In this document: positions 1 through 12,589 of the stretch, piece after piece | Layout: every line of letters starts with the position of its first letter | Position numbering within the stretch: the stretch's first letter is position 1 | Source of the DNA: Marsupella aquatica | Taxonomy: Eukaryota > Plantae > Marchantiophyta | Direction: 5' to 3' | DNA length: 64,000 bases | Assembly (NCBI GenBank): GCA_973895155.1 | Contig: OZ316892.1 | Span: 1,987,223-2,051,222, forward strand | Notes under the pieces: model-generated | What the model was told of the DNA's origin: nothing | The model's input: only the letters and a program-made list of their open reading frames with translations | Databases searched by the model: none | Made by a program: the position numbers and the translations under genes

Positions 1-1492
1 GGATGACCATCCTATGCATAGCATTCTGCAGCACATGATCAAATTGGGATCAGAGGATTTCTCCTAGGTCTCTCAATGTTGCATGTTCCCGCAAGATGAA
101 TCACTAGTTTGGACTAATATTTGCATGGGTTGGAGTAGAATCAAGAAGAATCTGATACCTGCCGCTCCCAGCCATCTTGTGAGCCATTTGTTTAAATTTT
201 CCTTAAGTGAAGGGAATCAAACCCCAATTAAGCCGATCAGCCTTCCAAGCAGAGCCCCTCCTATCTGCTTCCCTTGTATAGACTCTAAAACCCTGCAACC
301 ACAATCTATATATTTTAAGCCCCCACCCACAATTGCTCCCTACAAAGCATTGAACATACACAATGACATCAGCATACATTGCATATAGACAAAAAGAACT
401 CATACTGGCCATAACCACTACACCTAGTGCCTGGCAATATTGGCTCTGTCTGGATTCTGGGTCATTCCACAAGCCATGGAGAGATGGCTTACTAGGCCCC
501 TCCTCATCCAAAGACAACGTTGGCACATAGGCAAACACCCTCTCTTTCCCCTTGCAACCCTACAAACAATACTTTGATGGTCTGCAAATAATCAGTCTTA
601 GGAAAGGCAATACAATCTGCCAAAGGCACAAGTCACCTAGAGAGTCTCCAAATACAGGACCCCTCTCGAGAGACTTAGGGTCAGAGAAATCATCCTTTGA
701 GGTAACAAAATAGGTGCAGCCTAGGAGGATTTAGCTTCGTTGTAGACAATCCAATTTTAAAACTTGTCATCACCATATATATACAACAATTACAAAACAA
801 AAGCACTAAGAAGCAACTTGAAGCAATGACAAAAGGATGCACAATGCCAAAATAATCTACAAAGAAATGATGATAAGTTTCAAGAAGTAAGCTTATCAGC
901 TGGTGCCACAGATGAGCACTTAAGGAAAACTTAAAGAAATGGCTCACAATGAACAAAAATATCAGGACAACATAGGGTTATAAAATCTAGAGAACATATT
1001 AACAAAATTCAAGAATACCATAATAATACAGAAAGAAAAACACACCAGTTAAGCCCAACTAAACAAGCTATAACTATAGATGAGCTGGATTATGAGTCAT
1101 GGGAACAAGCCCCAATCCGTGCTGACTGTTTGACAACATGAGCACACTCATTGACCAATATGTAAACATCCAGGCAGGCAAAAGGGCATGAGGCCGACAA
1201 AATTATGCCTAAGTGGATTTTTAAAATCAAGATGTAACTGTTTATTAATGCCAATTATAGGCTGGTCTCGTGCGATAATGAGAGTGGGTACTACTTTACG
1301 TCATTATTCAATTTATTACAATACCAAAATGCCATGGTTTTTAGTTGGCAGGTTCCTGGGTTAACTTTGTGAAATCTAGATCCAAATTCCCCCTCTACAC
1401 TAATTGCTGATGGCCCAGACTGCGGGAAAAATGTCATAGGCACCGTTGTTGCACTTTGCTCCACCCTTACCAGAGCTTCCAGGTGAAGTGTC

Positions 1493-1839
1493 TGTTAGGA
1501 TTTACTCTTAGATCTAGAGTAACGACTGTACCGTAGTTAGAGCTAATCTTAGTCGCATACTAGGTTAGGTTAGTCATGCTGTGCATACTTTACATCCAAA
1601 CGATGTTTGCTTGGAGAGTAGGAACTCAGGCTCATTGTTACGGAGCCAATTGAGAGATAAGGAGAGCTTAACCAGGTTGCACTGAGAGAAAGATTGGGTT
1701 ATGAGACTCCAGGCACCCTTTGGCTAACCTAGCTCGGGCTCGGGTGAAAGTCTTCCTGTAAAAATGGCATAATATACTCATCTCTGTCTAAACACGCTAA
1801 TATGCAATCTCAATCTTTATTTGTCATGGTCTACTTACA
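1493..1839. repeat. Dispersed LTR-like repeat, copy 1 (possible solo LTR)
   Basis: Starts TGTTAG and aligns by eye over ~170 bp with 33455-33605 (tttactc..tag..agt.acgact.ta...tagtta..gcta..cttagtcgc.tact..gttag.ttagtcatg). The CA end is uncertain and no clear TSD is visible. Confidence 0.5.
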
Positions 1840-2004
1840 AAATGTTATTCTAGCCAGAAGCCTGCCTCCTCAGCCATAGGATTATGGAGACATTTTTTCA
1901 TGAATATGAGATGGAGCTAAAGCTGCCACTATGCTTTTTCACGTCCGACCCGTCACTCCTCCTAGCTCACATGCTCCTTGAAATTCCATTATCAAGCCAA
2001 CTTG

Positions 2005-2172
2005 CGATAGTGTCAAACTCTTTGGTCATCTCACTTATGCTCCACAACACTTGTGGGCAACATCACTTACTATTGGCCATGGGTTGTGAGCCCGATAGTG
2101 TCAAACTCTTTGGTCATTTCACTTATGCTCCACAACACTTGTGGGCAACATCACTTACTATTGGCCATGGGT
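2005..2172. repeat. Near-perfect direct duplication of ~80 bp
   Basis: cgatagtgtcaaactctttggtcat(c/t)tcacttatgctccacaacacttgtgggcaacatcacttactattggccatgggtt occurs at ~2005 and ~2093. Confidence 0.9.
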
Positions 2173-2288
2173 TAGTCAGTGCCCACAGAGCAAGCCTCGC
2201 AAAACGCAGCCTGGGCACGAACCCTTGGTTACGGAGTTAACCTGAGCGAGGTTCAGACCCCGATCGCCACAACGCTGCGAGGTGCTGT

Positions 2289-2297
2289 AAACCCTAA
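2289..2297 (+). promoter_or_regulatory. Telo-box (AAACCCTAA) upstream of RPL37
   Basis: AAACCCTAA lies ~225 bp upstream of the ATG. Telo-boxes are typical of plant ribosomal protein promoters and 5' UTRs. Confidence 0.5.
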
Positions 2298-2514
2298 AGA
2301 GACCGAATCGAGGGTCCAGAAATCGCAACGGGGATCTGACGGCCGGTAGCGCGCGTAGGGTGGCGGGGACGATCGGTCGAGGGCACAGAGGGTGCACTCA
2401 GCAAAGTATGCCCGACGCGACTCTAGCTCTCTCTTTTGCCGCAGCAGCGAAGCTTTGCAACGAGGGAGCTTCTCGTCGGGATTAGGGTCTGGTCTCTGCC
2501 GGGAGCTCGCAAAA

Positions 2515-3424
2515 ATGGTACGCACCTCGATCGATCACCTCCATAGCTTTTCTTGGATTTCGATTACGTGCTGAGTGCTTGAATGGGAAGCATTTCGGTT
2601 ACCACCATCGGTTTCTCTTAGGGTTTCGGTTGCGTAGGTTTGGGATGGTGAGCTTCTCGATCACCTGAATCGGCTGTCGGGGATTTTCGATTGCGGAGTG
2701 GTTGTTTTTCAAGTCAGCTGCTGTATTGAGTCATGCCTGCGTCTTGTACTTCCGGGACTTTGTTTTGCGCTCTTGTAGAGCTGAACCTGAATTCAGTTGA
2801 TTTTCTTTGTGGAGGAACTGGTGGAATGACTATTGGCTCCGCGGTTCTTTGTGTTGTTTTAGGGTAAGGGAACAGGAAGTTTTGGCAAGCGTCGGAACAA
2901 GACGCACACGCTATGCAGGCGATGTGGTCGCCGGAGCTTCCACATTCAGAAGAGTCGCTGTTCAGCATGCGCTTATCCTGCCGCCCGGATCAGGAAATGT
3001 AATTATCTCCGACGCATTGTAATCCTTTCGTCTCTTACTTTTTCACCGAAGTAGATGTGTACTTCCAATGCATTTTTATCATGCTCTTTGTTTTTGCCGA
3101 AGTCGTTCAGGATTTGATCTTCTTACGGCCTGTGGGTTACTTATTGGAATTGTGTCCTTGGTTTCAGATAACTGGAGCGTCAAAGCTATCCGCAGGAAAA
3201 CCACGGGTACAGGACGCATGCGCCACCTTCGGCACTTGCCCCGCCGATTCAAGAACAGTTTCAGAGAAGGTAAGCTTCTGGACATACAGTAGGAATTGCT
3301 TCACTGACGTTGATTTCGGGACAGGTATATGAATTTTTGAGATGGGGTTCTGACATGTCGCAACGTTGCTCATGCAGGAACTGAGGCAGTTGCAAGGAAG
3401 CCCGCAGCTGCTGCCGGATTTTAG
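2515..3424 (+). CDS. RPL37: 60S ribosomal protein L37 (eL37), 4 exons: 2515-2517, 2863-2998, 3168-3269, 3378-3424
   Basis: Spliced translation [96 protein letters not shown]4 zinc finger present; all introns are GT-AG and in phase. Confidence 0.97.
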
Positions 3425-3680
3425 TATGTAGATGTTCGCTCGTTGATAACAGTCGAGGAGTTGATCGTGATAGATGGGCAGCGGTGATTCTGTCCGTCAT
3501 TGTTTTGTAGTTACCCTAGTATTGTAGTGGTGGTTCAAGAAGAAATTCAATCACGGTGAAGGTGAGAAAGTACGGCTTTCTTGTTTTTCGACTCTCCAGA
3601 AAGCAATTTTCTACCTAGAGGATAGAGTGCATCTCGAAGTAATGGGTCTATTGAATCCAAGAGTCACTTGGAGGGTGCGC

Positions 3681-4066
3681 CATGCAACTCCATGCTTATA
3701 AAGGGTTTTTTGCCAATCTTCTTACCGATACAATCTTCTGCAAAGTCCTAAACGACCTTAATGGTTGATTTGGTTGTGGGATTGACTACTGTCACCTAGT
3801 AAAATGGAACCCACTTGAGAGCTGCACAAACAATGTCACAATCTGTTGAAGAGAGCGTTTCTTTTTGTGCTCGGTACTTCTCACACTTTCAGTCAACCAG
3901 ATCTTTAATTGCAACAAATAAAGTACCGTCCAAAATCAATCACTTGCAGATAGAGAAGACCACTCTAGATTCTAGAAGAGGCTGGTCGATCGATACAGGA
4001 AGGTAGCTCAGGTACAAGTCAATACAATCTGCCCTGGCTCCCTCATTAGTCCTTTGTAAAATCCTA
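3681..4066 (-). pseudogene. Degenerate partial duplicate of internal exons and intron of the neighbouring P-loop-like gene (source ~6107-6520)
   Basis: catgcaactccatgc...gatacaatcttctgcaaa...ctgtcacct and gctggtcgat..tac...aaggtagc.caggtacaagtcaatacaatct match 6107-6520 colinearly, including intron sequence. Confidence 0.8.
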
Positions 4067-4298
4067 ACAAAACAGAAAAGGTAATGTGATGAGATTGCGG
4101 CTTGGTTTGTCTGTCAATCACCCGGTCAAATGTGCAGAACTGAGCACAATTCAGGAGCGGAGCCACTTGAGAGATTATACCAAGTCACTCCTGCCCAAGG
4201 AAGCAGACGCAGTTAGGGCTTTAGAATCTGCTCCTTTGCTTTCCGTTAGAACTAAAAGCCCCCGAGGGCCAACGAAAAGCCCCTGAGGTCGATAATTG

Positions 4299-4469
4299 AT
4301 GTCTTCTGCTAGTGAAAGTCGTTTGGGTTGTTATCAATGATTAGAGGTTTAGCGACTTATTCATTGGTCGGAGCTTGCTAGCAACTCATCATAATTGTCA
4401 TCACAGCTCGGATGTCTCCTGCTAGTGAAAGTCGTGTGGGTCGTTATCAGAGATTAGAGGTGTAGCGAC
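4299..4469. repeat. Imperfect direct repeat (~60 bp x2)
   Basis: gatgtct(t/c)ctgctagtgaaagtcgt.tgggt.gttatca..gattagaggt.tagcgac occurs at ~4299 and ~4411. Confidence 0.8.
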
Positions 4470-5234
4470 CAATTCAAAGGTGGGAGACTTGCAAAACAAG
4501 CACTGATCGAGAGTGCTTGAAATGTCCGGGAAATGCCCGGGAGTGCCCCCTAACAGGTGGTTTGTGACGCCACTCTGCTCCACTTGGTGTTTCCGAAGTC
4601 TCATGAACACAGCTCTAGACTGGCGTCAATTGTAGGAGCTGGCTGCAGACAACTGTATTATCTTTCGTGCACCAAGGTTATCTTTTCGTATTGGTGATAG
4701 CATTTGCTTTGGCCTTGTCAGCTCCCAGAACGGGAAGCGGGAAGCCACAGTGCGGACACTTCCCATTTACACAAGTACTTCCCGTTTACACAAAGCGTTA
4801 GTGCTCCTCCTTCAGATTGGCGAATCGATCCATTCAGCCCGGCTCCAACCATATTGAGCATTACCAAGGCAACCAAAGTGAAAGGGACGTTACAAATAGA
4901 GGCGCTCTCCACGATACACCCTTGGGAGCACATCTTGTTGTAGTAAGAACAACCATGTTCCTGTACCGAAGTATTTATAGGAAATGCAAGGGCTCATAGA
5001 AAATTGTTCTCAATGAGTTGTTTCAATACATCCATACAGAACAACTCTTGTTAATGACGATAGATCTTTTGCCCTTTTGGGTGCGTTCCTTCTACTCCTG
5101 TGTTGAATCACTAGACTGGATATTGATGGCCTCGACTGCCTTTCAAACTACTGAGTTTTCCTCTTGACTGGAGCCGCTTTTCAATCCTCTTTCCAACGGG
5201 CTCAATGATGGATAAGGGCAATACGCTAAAATAA

Positions 5235-8200
5235 TCAGATTATGAGTAAATGTTTGTAGAACCTTCCTCGTATGAGCCGATGCCAAGTATACTTTAATTT
5301 ATCTCCTAAAGTCCAATTCAGCCTTTCCCTGACGTACCTGCAACATTAACCCCCGCAATTATAACTAACACAACGATGAACGCAGTAAGCACCCTACATC
5401 AACAGCTGAACTGTAGATATCTACTGTCTGAAAAGACTCTTGATCATACTAGAATGTACGAAGGTCAGAAGAATTTCAGCCATGACCAAGATGAGAATGT
5501 ATGACTCACCATGATCATACTAGAACGTACGAAGGTCAGAAGAATTTCAGCCATGACCAAGATGAGAATGTATGACTCACCATCGCGCAAGGCACCTTGA
5601 CACTCCTCGGGTTATTGGACGGAGGTAGGGTATGTCCTTTTGCTGATACAGTAGACCCACCTGTGAAAAATATAACCTCCGCACATCAGATTGTATTGAG
5701 TTCACCTGCATCCACAAGATTAACAAATTTGAGATGCATTGACCTCCCGCGATTTCTGGACGAGCTTTTACCTCTAATAGAGCATTTGTTGATGGATCTT
5801 CAAGAAGCTCTTGGGCCCTCACGTCTCTGTGATTGACCTGATTGAAAAAAGAAGAACAAGAAAAACGGGGGTAAGACATTAACACTGGTCCTGTACACAG
5901 ACCACAACTTAGAATAAAAATCTTACGTGATTTATCGATTTCCAAAAAGCTATTTGCATAGTCGAGCATAGAGAATATCTCGAAGTATTGGGAAAGGGGA
6001 ACACAAATTACTGCGAAGTCCGCGTTCGCCATGGCCTGTATGTAATCCAAGAGTTGAATCTTTGCCCAATCACGATGCTTGTCACGATCACCTGGAGGAT
6101 GTCTCCATGCAACTCCATGCTTTAAAGTTTTCTTGCTAATCTTCCCAGCGATACAATCTTCTGCAAATTTCTGAAGGATCTTGATGGCTGATTCCATTGC
6201 GGGATCAACTGCTGTCACCTGACATAATGAACTCACGTGAGAGCTGTGCAAACAATTTTTATGTTCAATGGCAAGCAATCTAACAATCTGCGCAAGAGAT
6301 CTTCATTAATTTTGTGCTCAAGGCCCTCCTACGCTGCCAGGCAACTAGCTCCATACTATCAGAAATGCACAGGAGAAAGCCTCCACATCCATGTATTTGC
6401 AGATTGAGAAGATTGCTCAAAAGTGTTAAGGGGGCTGGTCGATCTATACCTGAAGGTAGCCCAGGTACAAGTCAATACAATCTCCCATGGCACTCTCATG
6501 AGTCTTTTGTAAAACCCTGATACCACATAAAGGGTAGATCGATGAGACACGAACGCAGCTTTGGTCAAACTCAGGGTTTCATACTCCAACTGACTAGAAT
6601 CAGTGCCATTATACAGCCAAGACATTACACCATTTTGTGAAACATTCAACAATTTCGAAGAGGACAAGGAACACTTCCTATCCCTACTGAGTCGTTCCAC
6701 ATCTCACTCATGAACATGGATATCTGCTCTACTGGAGAGTGTGGGAAGTTTGTGGTAATGTACGTACTCTAGAAACGAGGGATTATTCCAAATTGAATGC
6801 AACTCTGCAAGGTGGCGAGCAGTAGGCCCCAGTATACCAGTTATCAGTTTCCACTGCACTCGTCACCAATACTTGTTAGTGACAAACGAAAATTAGGCTT
6901 TTCCATTTTATGTGAAGTATTCTGACGAGTTCTATCTCAGATCAGAGTTGTAGACACTATCCTGAATGCTGAATTAGCTCTGAACTCACCTCAGATTCTT
7001 CAAACACAGCAGGGACCAGATGAACTTCAGCTTCTTTGGGTGTCCAACCTAATACCTGAGACAAATATATTAAACTTAGCAAACGATATCACACAAAGAC
7101 CTGAGTGAAATGTTCCTGCATCTACGTTTGATGCTTCTTGGTGAGACCATTCGCTCAGGTCAATCTGCAAGGATCCTCATTTTCAGAGCTCACTCAACTA
7201 AAACATTTATAATGCCGTCGTCATCTATCTTCCTTCATACAACTTTCTTCTCTTGTCCTTACACAACCAACATCACTAAGATAGACGGGCCTTGGTCTTA
7301 ACACACAGAAATCCATCATTCATTGGACGTTGACGAAATTCTTTCTTTCACTACTAGTACAGATAGGAGAAAGTTACAAAGGAGTTCTATTTCTCAAACC
7401 AAGATGCTAATCTTTTCAAAAAGGGTAAATCACCATGATAACCAACAACATTCTGTTATCAGTGTACTATAACCTTTCATACCACCCCCTTGTCAGATAT
7501 GTAAATACCTCTTGAGAAATGAAGGCGAGCTCATCCCCATGGTCTGCAAAGACCCTACAAGAATAATAGCTGCAGAATCCCGTCAAAACAATGGAGTCGG
7601 TCAATGGACACAGAATCGGCCTTTTGTACATATACTCTTGCGACGAGAAGGGAGACGATTGGACCTAGCCGAGGAGGACATCGTATTGATACGGGAGAAT
7701 ACGGAAGAGTTACCTGTCTGATGATACAAGGATAGTAGGAATGCAGCCAACATTCACACCCATGTTTGTTATTTGCATCAGCAAGCTGTCATGATAAAGA
7801 GCACCATGTACATTTCCACCATGGACTTTTGCAGCGGCATTTCGCAATAACTCTAGATTGTTGATCACCAATTTCGGCTGCTCTGTTTTAAAAAAGCAGG
7901 TTCAGTTGGACATATACTTAAGAGAGCGCTAAAAGTGGCCCAATTCATAAGCAACGTCTGGCTTGGCCAACGAAACTCAGATAGAAGCCACAAATTACCT
8001 GAAAATGCCCTTCTTGAGCAGCAAAAGACAGCAACCGTAAGAGCAGAACTGACCAACTTGTGCTAGCATCTGCTGATGTCCTCGTCACGATACCGTGACT
8101 TGTTAAATTTGCTCCAGCCGACACTCTCCAATCCTCCTGAAGTTTTAGGATCTTCTTGGCAAGGGCCAAAGACATGAGGGTCTCCTCAGTAGATTGAGCT

Positions 8201-9530
8201 TTAAGCGTGTAGACTACCTTTCGATTACCAAGCCCTGGCGGACCCTTAAGTCGTGAGGAGCTGCTATTCGAGATCTTACCGGTATTTAGATTTTCCGCAA
8301 AGGAAACTTTGTCCACTTGTTTCATGAGCTGAATAGAATGCCTCCACTTGTCTTTGGTCTTTTTAGAGATTATGGCATTTAATTTTGTTGGAACTTCTTC
8401 ATGAGCCCTCAGATATTGGCGTAAAGCACCATCAATAGAATGACGCTCCAGCAAGGCATCTAATACGTTTTCACTGCTTACACAGCCCATTTCAACAGCT
8501 TTCCTTGTAAGTGACTCCAGGCCCTCTTCCAACTGTGTCCGAATCATCCCCAGGGTGAAAGAGTCCTGGACGTTTGATCTGTCACACGGTGAATCTACTC
8601 CAAGACCCTCGTGATATCCTCCGAGTCTCCCAGTTATTGTCCATGCTGGAATGTCCTCTTGACTTGAATACAGATCTATGTATGCACAAATATGAGGGCC
8701 CTTGTTCCACTTCCCGATCAGCTCTGTTCATGATTTCAACTGTTCAGCAAACAAGCTTTCTACAACCTAACCATTGAGGTCACGAGCATTCTTGCATCTT
8801 AACTATGTGATCAGTTCGAGATCGCAACTAGTGCACGGGTTATCATTAAATTGTGACTTAAAACTGACCATAAAGCACACCTGAATTCCCCCGGAAAATG
8901 GACATTCCAAATCGTCCACGCATTGGATGTAAAGATTGCTAGCTACAGTATTTCTGCAATTTAGAATTGATTGATTGAATTTTGCGAAGCAGGCACTAGT
9001 AATTCTGTCTCGACTTCAGATCATTTGCCTCAAGATTTCTTGCATCCAGCGGCTGTTGCATGGAGAGCACTCTAGAAACAAAAATGATTTGGCATAGGAT
9101 TCAACTTGCTTGCCACCCGAGCACAAAACCATCAAAGAATAATTGAAACAAAAAGCTTACTTTCTATGACAGTGCGCTTTCCTACGCCTCGAGGCCCATG
9201 CAAAATTAATGGCTGCGCCACAGTTGGATGCTCGGCGTAGCTTTTCAATAAAGTTTCTAGAATAGGCCTTTGAATTATTGTCCACGGTGCGCTTGTCCCG
9301 ACCGTACTTGTCCCATCCTCATCTTCCTGTGCTAGAACTCCATCGGCACTAAGGGTAGCTGCATTCCTCAAGTTCAAAGACCTAGTGTCCCTGATGAAGT
9401 GCTGATCGAGAGCAGCTGTGGTCTGCCCCAAGAAATCCTGGCAGGGAGGCCTCCAAAGAACCCTAAACCCTGGCCTCCCAACTCTGAGCATTGCAAACAT
9501 TGTGCCACCATTCAGATCTACCAATGGCAC
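5235..9530 (-). CDS. Conserved uncharacterized plant protein with an N-terminal P-loop-like motif (multi-exon)
   Basis: Exon 1 (9530-9161) encodes PWTIIQRPILETLL...QPLILHGPRGVGKRT. Further coding blocks lie at ~8700-7980, ~7860-7780, ~6850-6670, ~6520-6380 and ~6220-5580. The terminal exon 5337-5235 reads (W)YVRERLNWTLGDKLKYTWHRLIRGRFYKHLLII*. Internal boundaries are approximate. Confidence 0.75.
5441..5581. repeat. ~70 bp tandem duplication covering a 5' splice donor
   Basis: tgatcatactagaa(t/c)gtacgaaggtcagaagaatttcagccatgaccaagatgagaatgtatgactcacc occurs twice; on the minus strand each copy contains TG|GTGAGTC. Confidence 0.9.
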
Positions 9531-9859
9531 ACGACCACAGAACTTGCTTCTCCGGCACGTACTCGAGAATTGTCCACAAACAGCACCATTTTCTCGCCAA
9601 TGTAGATCGATCGATCAAACCCCCTCGAGAAAATTGAAGAATCGTCACTCTACGAATTCAGCTGCCGTGAACTTCTCGGAAACACCAAGAATCGTATAAT
9701 TGCTGCACTTTGAATTGAAAGTTCTCTCCTCAAGACCCTTTGCCCTCATCGAACGACAGTCATCGCGTGCCTCTACTCAAAGCGCATTGAAATGAATGCT
9801 TGGCGTCTGAATTTCGAGCTCTGGTCCTGTGGTGTTGTTTAGAACACCGAGGTTTTCTC

Positions 9860-10410
9860 GAATGTTTACTAACTGACGGAGTCCTTACGGTATTACACTG
9901 TATGGTGGTGTCATTTTAATAAGAGATGTGCTATTCAGAGTTTACTGACTGACGGATTCCTTCAAGCCTTATTAAGGTATGGTAGTGGGTTGTACTAGGG
10001 CGTCTCAAATCTCTTCTTTCTGTCTCAAATCTCTTCTTTCTGTCTCAGATCGCAGTCAGGGACAAATTCCCAGAAAAAAGTGGCGGACACAAAAATGCAT
10101 GTTCGCACAACTCCAGACTCCTGACCGAAACTGGTAGTTTTGGGAGTAGTTTTTTACACAAACTTCAAGGTTTGAGATACCCTAATAAGGGATGTGCTAT
10201 TTACAGTTTACTGACTTACAGTCTTACACTATGGTAGTGTTAATGTAATAAGTGATGCTCTATTTAGTTTACCTGGCTGATGGATTTCTTACACTCTTAC
10301 ACAGTATGATGGTGTCATTGGAATTAGGGATGTGCTATTTAGAGTTTACTGGCTGACAGAGTCCTGGCTTTACAGTCTTACACTATGGTGTTGTTGTACT
10401 AAGGGATTCT
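9860..10410. repeat. Degenerate tandem repeat (~60-70 bp units) interrupted by a MITE-like insertion
   Basis: The unit gatgtgctatt.agagtttactg.ctga.gga.t.cttacac..tatggt.gtgt recurs about 5 times. Confidence 0.75.
9998..10182. mobile_element. MITE-like element with GGGCGTCTCAAA / TTTGAGATACCC termini
   Basis: 12-bp imperfect TIRs, flanked by TA on both sides and inserted within a tandem array. Related termini occur at ~12590-13023 and ~42512-42864. Confidence 0.6.
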
Positions 10411-10731
10411 ACCAGAGCATTTCTACCAGAGCATTTAAAATTGATTGAGCACGTGGTAAATCTGTAATGATCTTCAATTTAAAATTTCATTCATTTTGAT
10501 ATTTGTCCAAGTTGTATGATATGTAATTTTATGCATGCATTGTATATGTGCATCCTATACTATAGGAAGGCTTGCAGATGCGAGTCAGAACAGCCTTGCT
10601 AAAACACTAACAAGCTAGCCAACAACACTCAAAGGCAACCCCATTTTCTTCAAGGTTTCAAAATGACACCTAAATATTTTTGTCATAGCACATCATAAAA
10701 ATGCGGCCAAACCATCAATGTAGACTGAGCA

Positions 10732-11004
10732 GTTTTTCTTTTAGTTTTTGGGCATTGGAGCATGCGATTTTGCAGGGACCTTGATGCAATGTTTGTTCTT
10801 CTTTAGTTTCTGCCATTTGAGCATGCAATTTGCTGGGTCAATGTGGAGGTTGAGGTAAGGTTAAAAGATAGAACAATGCAAATTGCATGCTCCAATGTCC
10901 CAGCAAATTGCATGCTCAAATGGAAGAAACTAAAAGAAGAACAAACATTGCATCAAGGTCCCTGCAGAATTGCATGCTCCAATGGGCAAAACTAAAATAA
11001 AAAC
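10732..11004. repeat. Long inverted repeat (foldback hairpin, ~105 bp arms)
   Basis: cattggagcatgc..tttgcagggaccttgatgcaatgtttgttcttctttagtttc..ccatttgagcatgcaatttgctggg is reverse-complemented at 10899-11004. Confidence 0.9.
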
Positions 11005-12589
11005 ACATTGCACGGTTCTATCTAAGAGAGATGGGTTATAAGGCCAAGAAGTCCTAAACAATGCACCCACCCTAAGGGCTGTCTTGCATGTGCAAGAGTC
11101 CTGAAAAAAGTGACCCTTTGCAGCCCACGGATGTCGGCAAAATACAATCAAGAAGAGCTTACGTGTGCCGTGCTTACTCAATCGCGTTTACTTCTTCGTC
11201 TTTGGCACCGCAAATTGTACAGGGCAGGATCAGCTGCCGTTTTGTTTTATTTGCAGTTCAAAGTTCGGGACCTCAAGGGCCGGAAAATTCCCGGCCCTTG
11301 CCCTTGCATATCCTCTAAAGCCGCTGTCACGACTGCCGGCCTGTCACTGCATTTACAAATGCCACGGGTTTCAGTTTAGGGCCGGAACACCAAGGACTTG
11401 TCACATGCAAGACGGCCCTAAAGGTGATCCCCTACCCCAAAAAGTGCAATACTTACTCTCTCGAAAAATTTCAAGCACTTATAAGTGGGCTTGTCTGTAG
11501 CTGTCTGTCATTGTGTTCCTACTGATAAGTGTTCTGGTCATCAGTGATAAGGGAAGAACGAGAATCGTTGCAGTTATCCAGGCTTTGCGAGTGTGCACTT
11601 AGCGAGAGACGACTATGTGTCGTGGGGTACATTTGACTTGGTTTGTGCACAACATGATGACCCAAAACCTGTCAATGCCACGAGTTACAGTTATTTTTCT
11701 ACAGCAACTTTTCATTGTTTGACGTTTGTGAAGCACGGTACTCTGTACTTGGGACTTAGCATTCAAGCATTGCAGAACCATTTGTAAATGAATTCTGTGG
11801 TGATGATGCAAGTCCGATTTTTGGAGAACGGGCACGCTTTGCATGAACAGAACGATACAGAAAAGTAGAAAAGCAAGGGAGGGAGGGAGTACTGGAGTAG
11901 GATGGTCGATCCGCTTTCTGCCTGCCGATTGAAGAAGGCCACCGAATACAATTAGGACAGTGATTATGGGCAGTAGACCTGGCTGTAGCTTGGTTGGACA
12001 AGTTTAAAAAGATCTGTTGTGACTACCGAAATCAAAGAATGCAATCTACACAAACCACAGTCGGACAACTCCTTCTGCTATAAATAGTCCGAACGGTTCG
12101 TAACGTTCATTGTTAGAGAAGACTTCGATGAATGGCGTCGTGGACTCGTGGCGATGGATCTCGAAGAGACAGTTGGAGAAAACAGCGGCGCTCTAAAGAA
12201 AGGGGCGAAAATCGAGGGAGATTAGCTGAATATCGATGCAGCATTAACTGAAAGGCTGATTCAAGAAGTTGCCCAACGTGTTCATTCGCCGTCAAGCATT
12301 GACCTAGACATTAGAATCAATTGTGGCCTATATTTGATTCGCAAGCCATATATATCGATCTCGTTCGTCTCATGGGTCATCACGTTTCGAAGGGGCTTCA
12401 AGTTTTAATTCTGTCTACTGTAGCTACCGGCCAGGTGAAGGAGTGGACTACTATTGATCCACCTGAATAATTGCAAACCTTTTCTAGGTCGGTAAGGACG
12501 TACCGTATTCGAGAGAATAGATTTTAGTCTGAAGCAATGCCAGGCCGGCCTCTTTGAAGTAATACATTGTGCAAGGGGAGGCAATCTAT

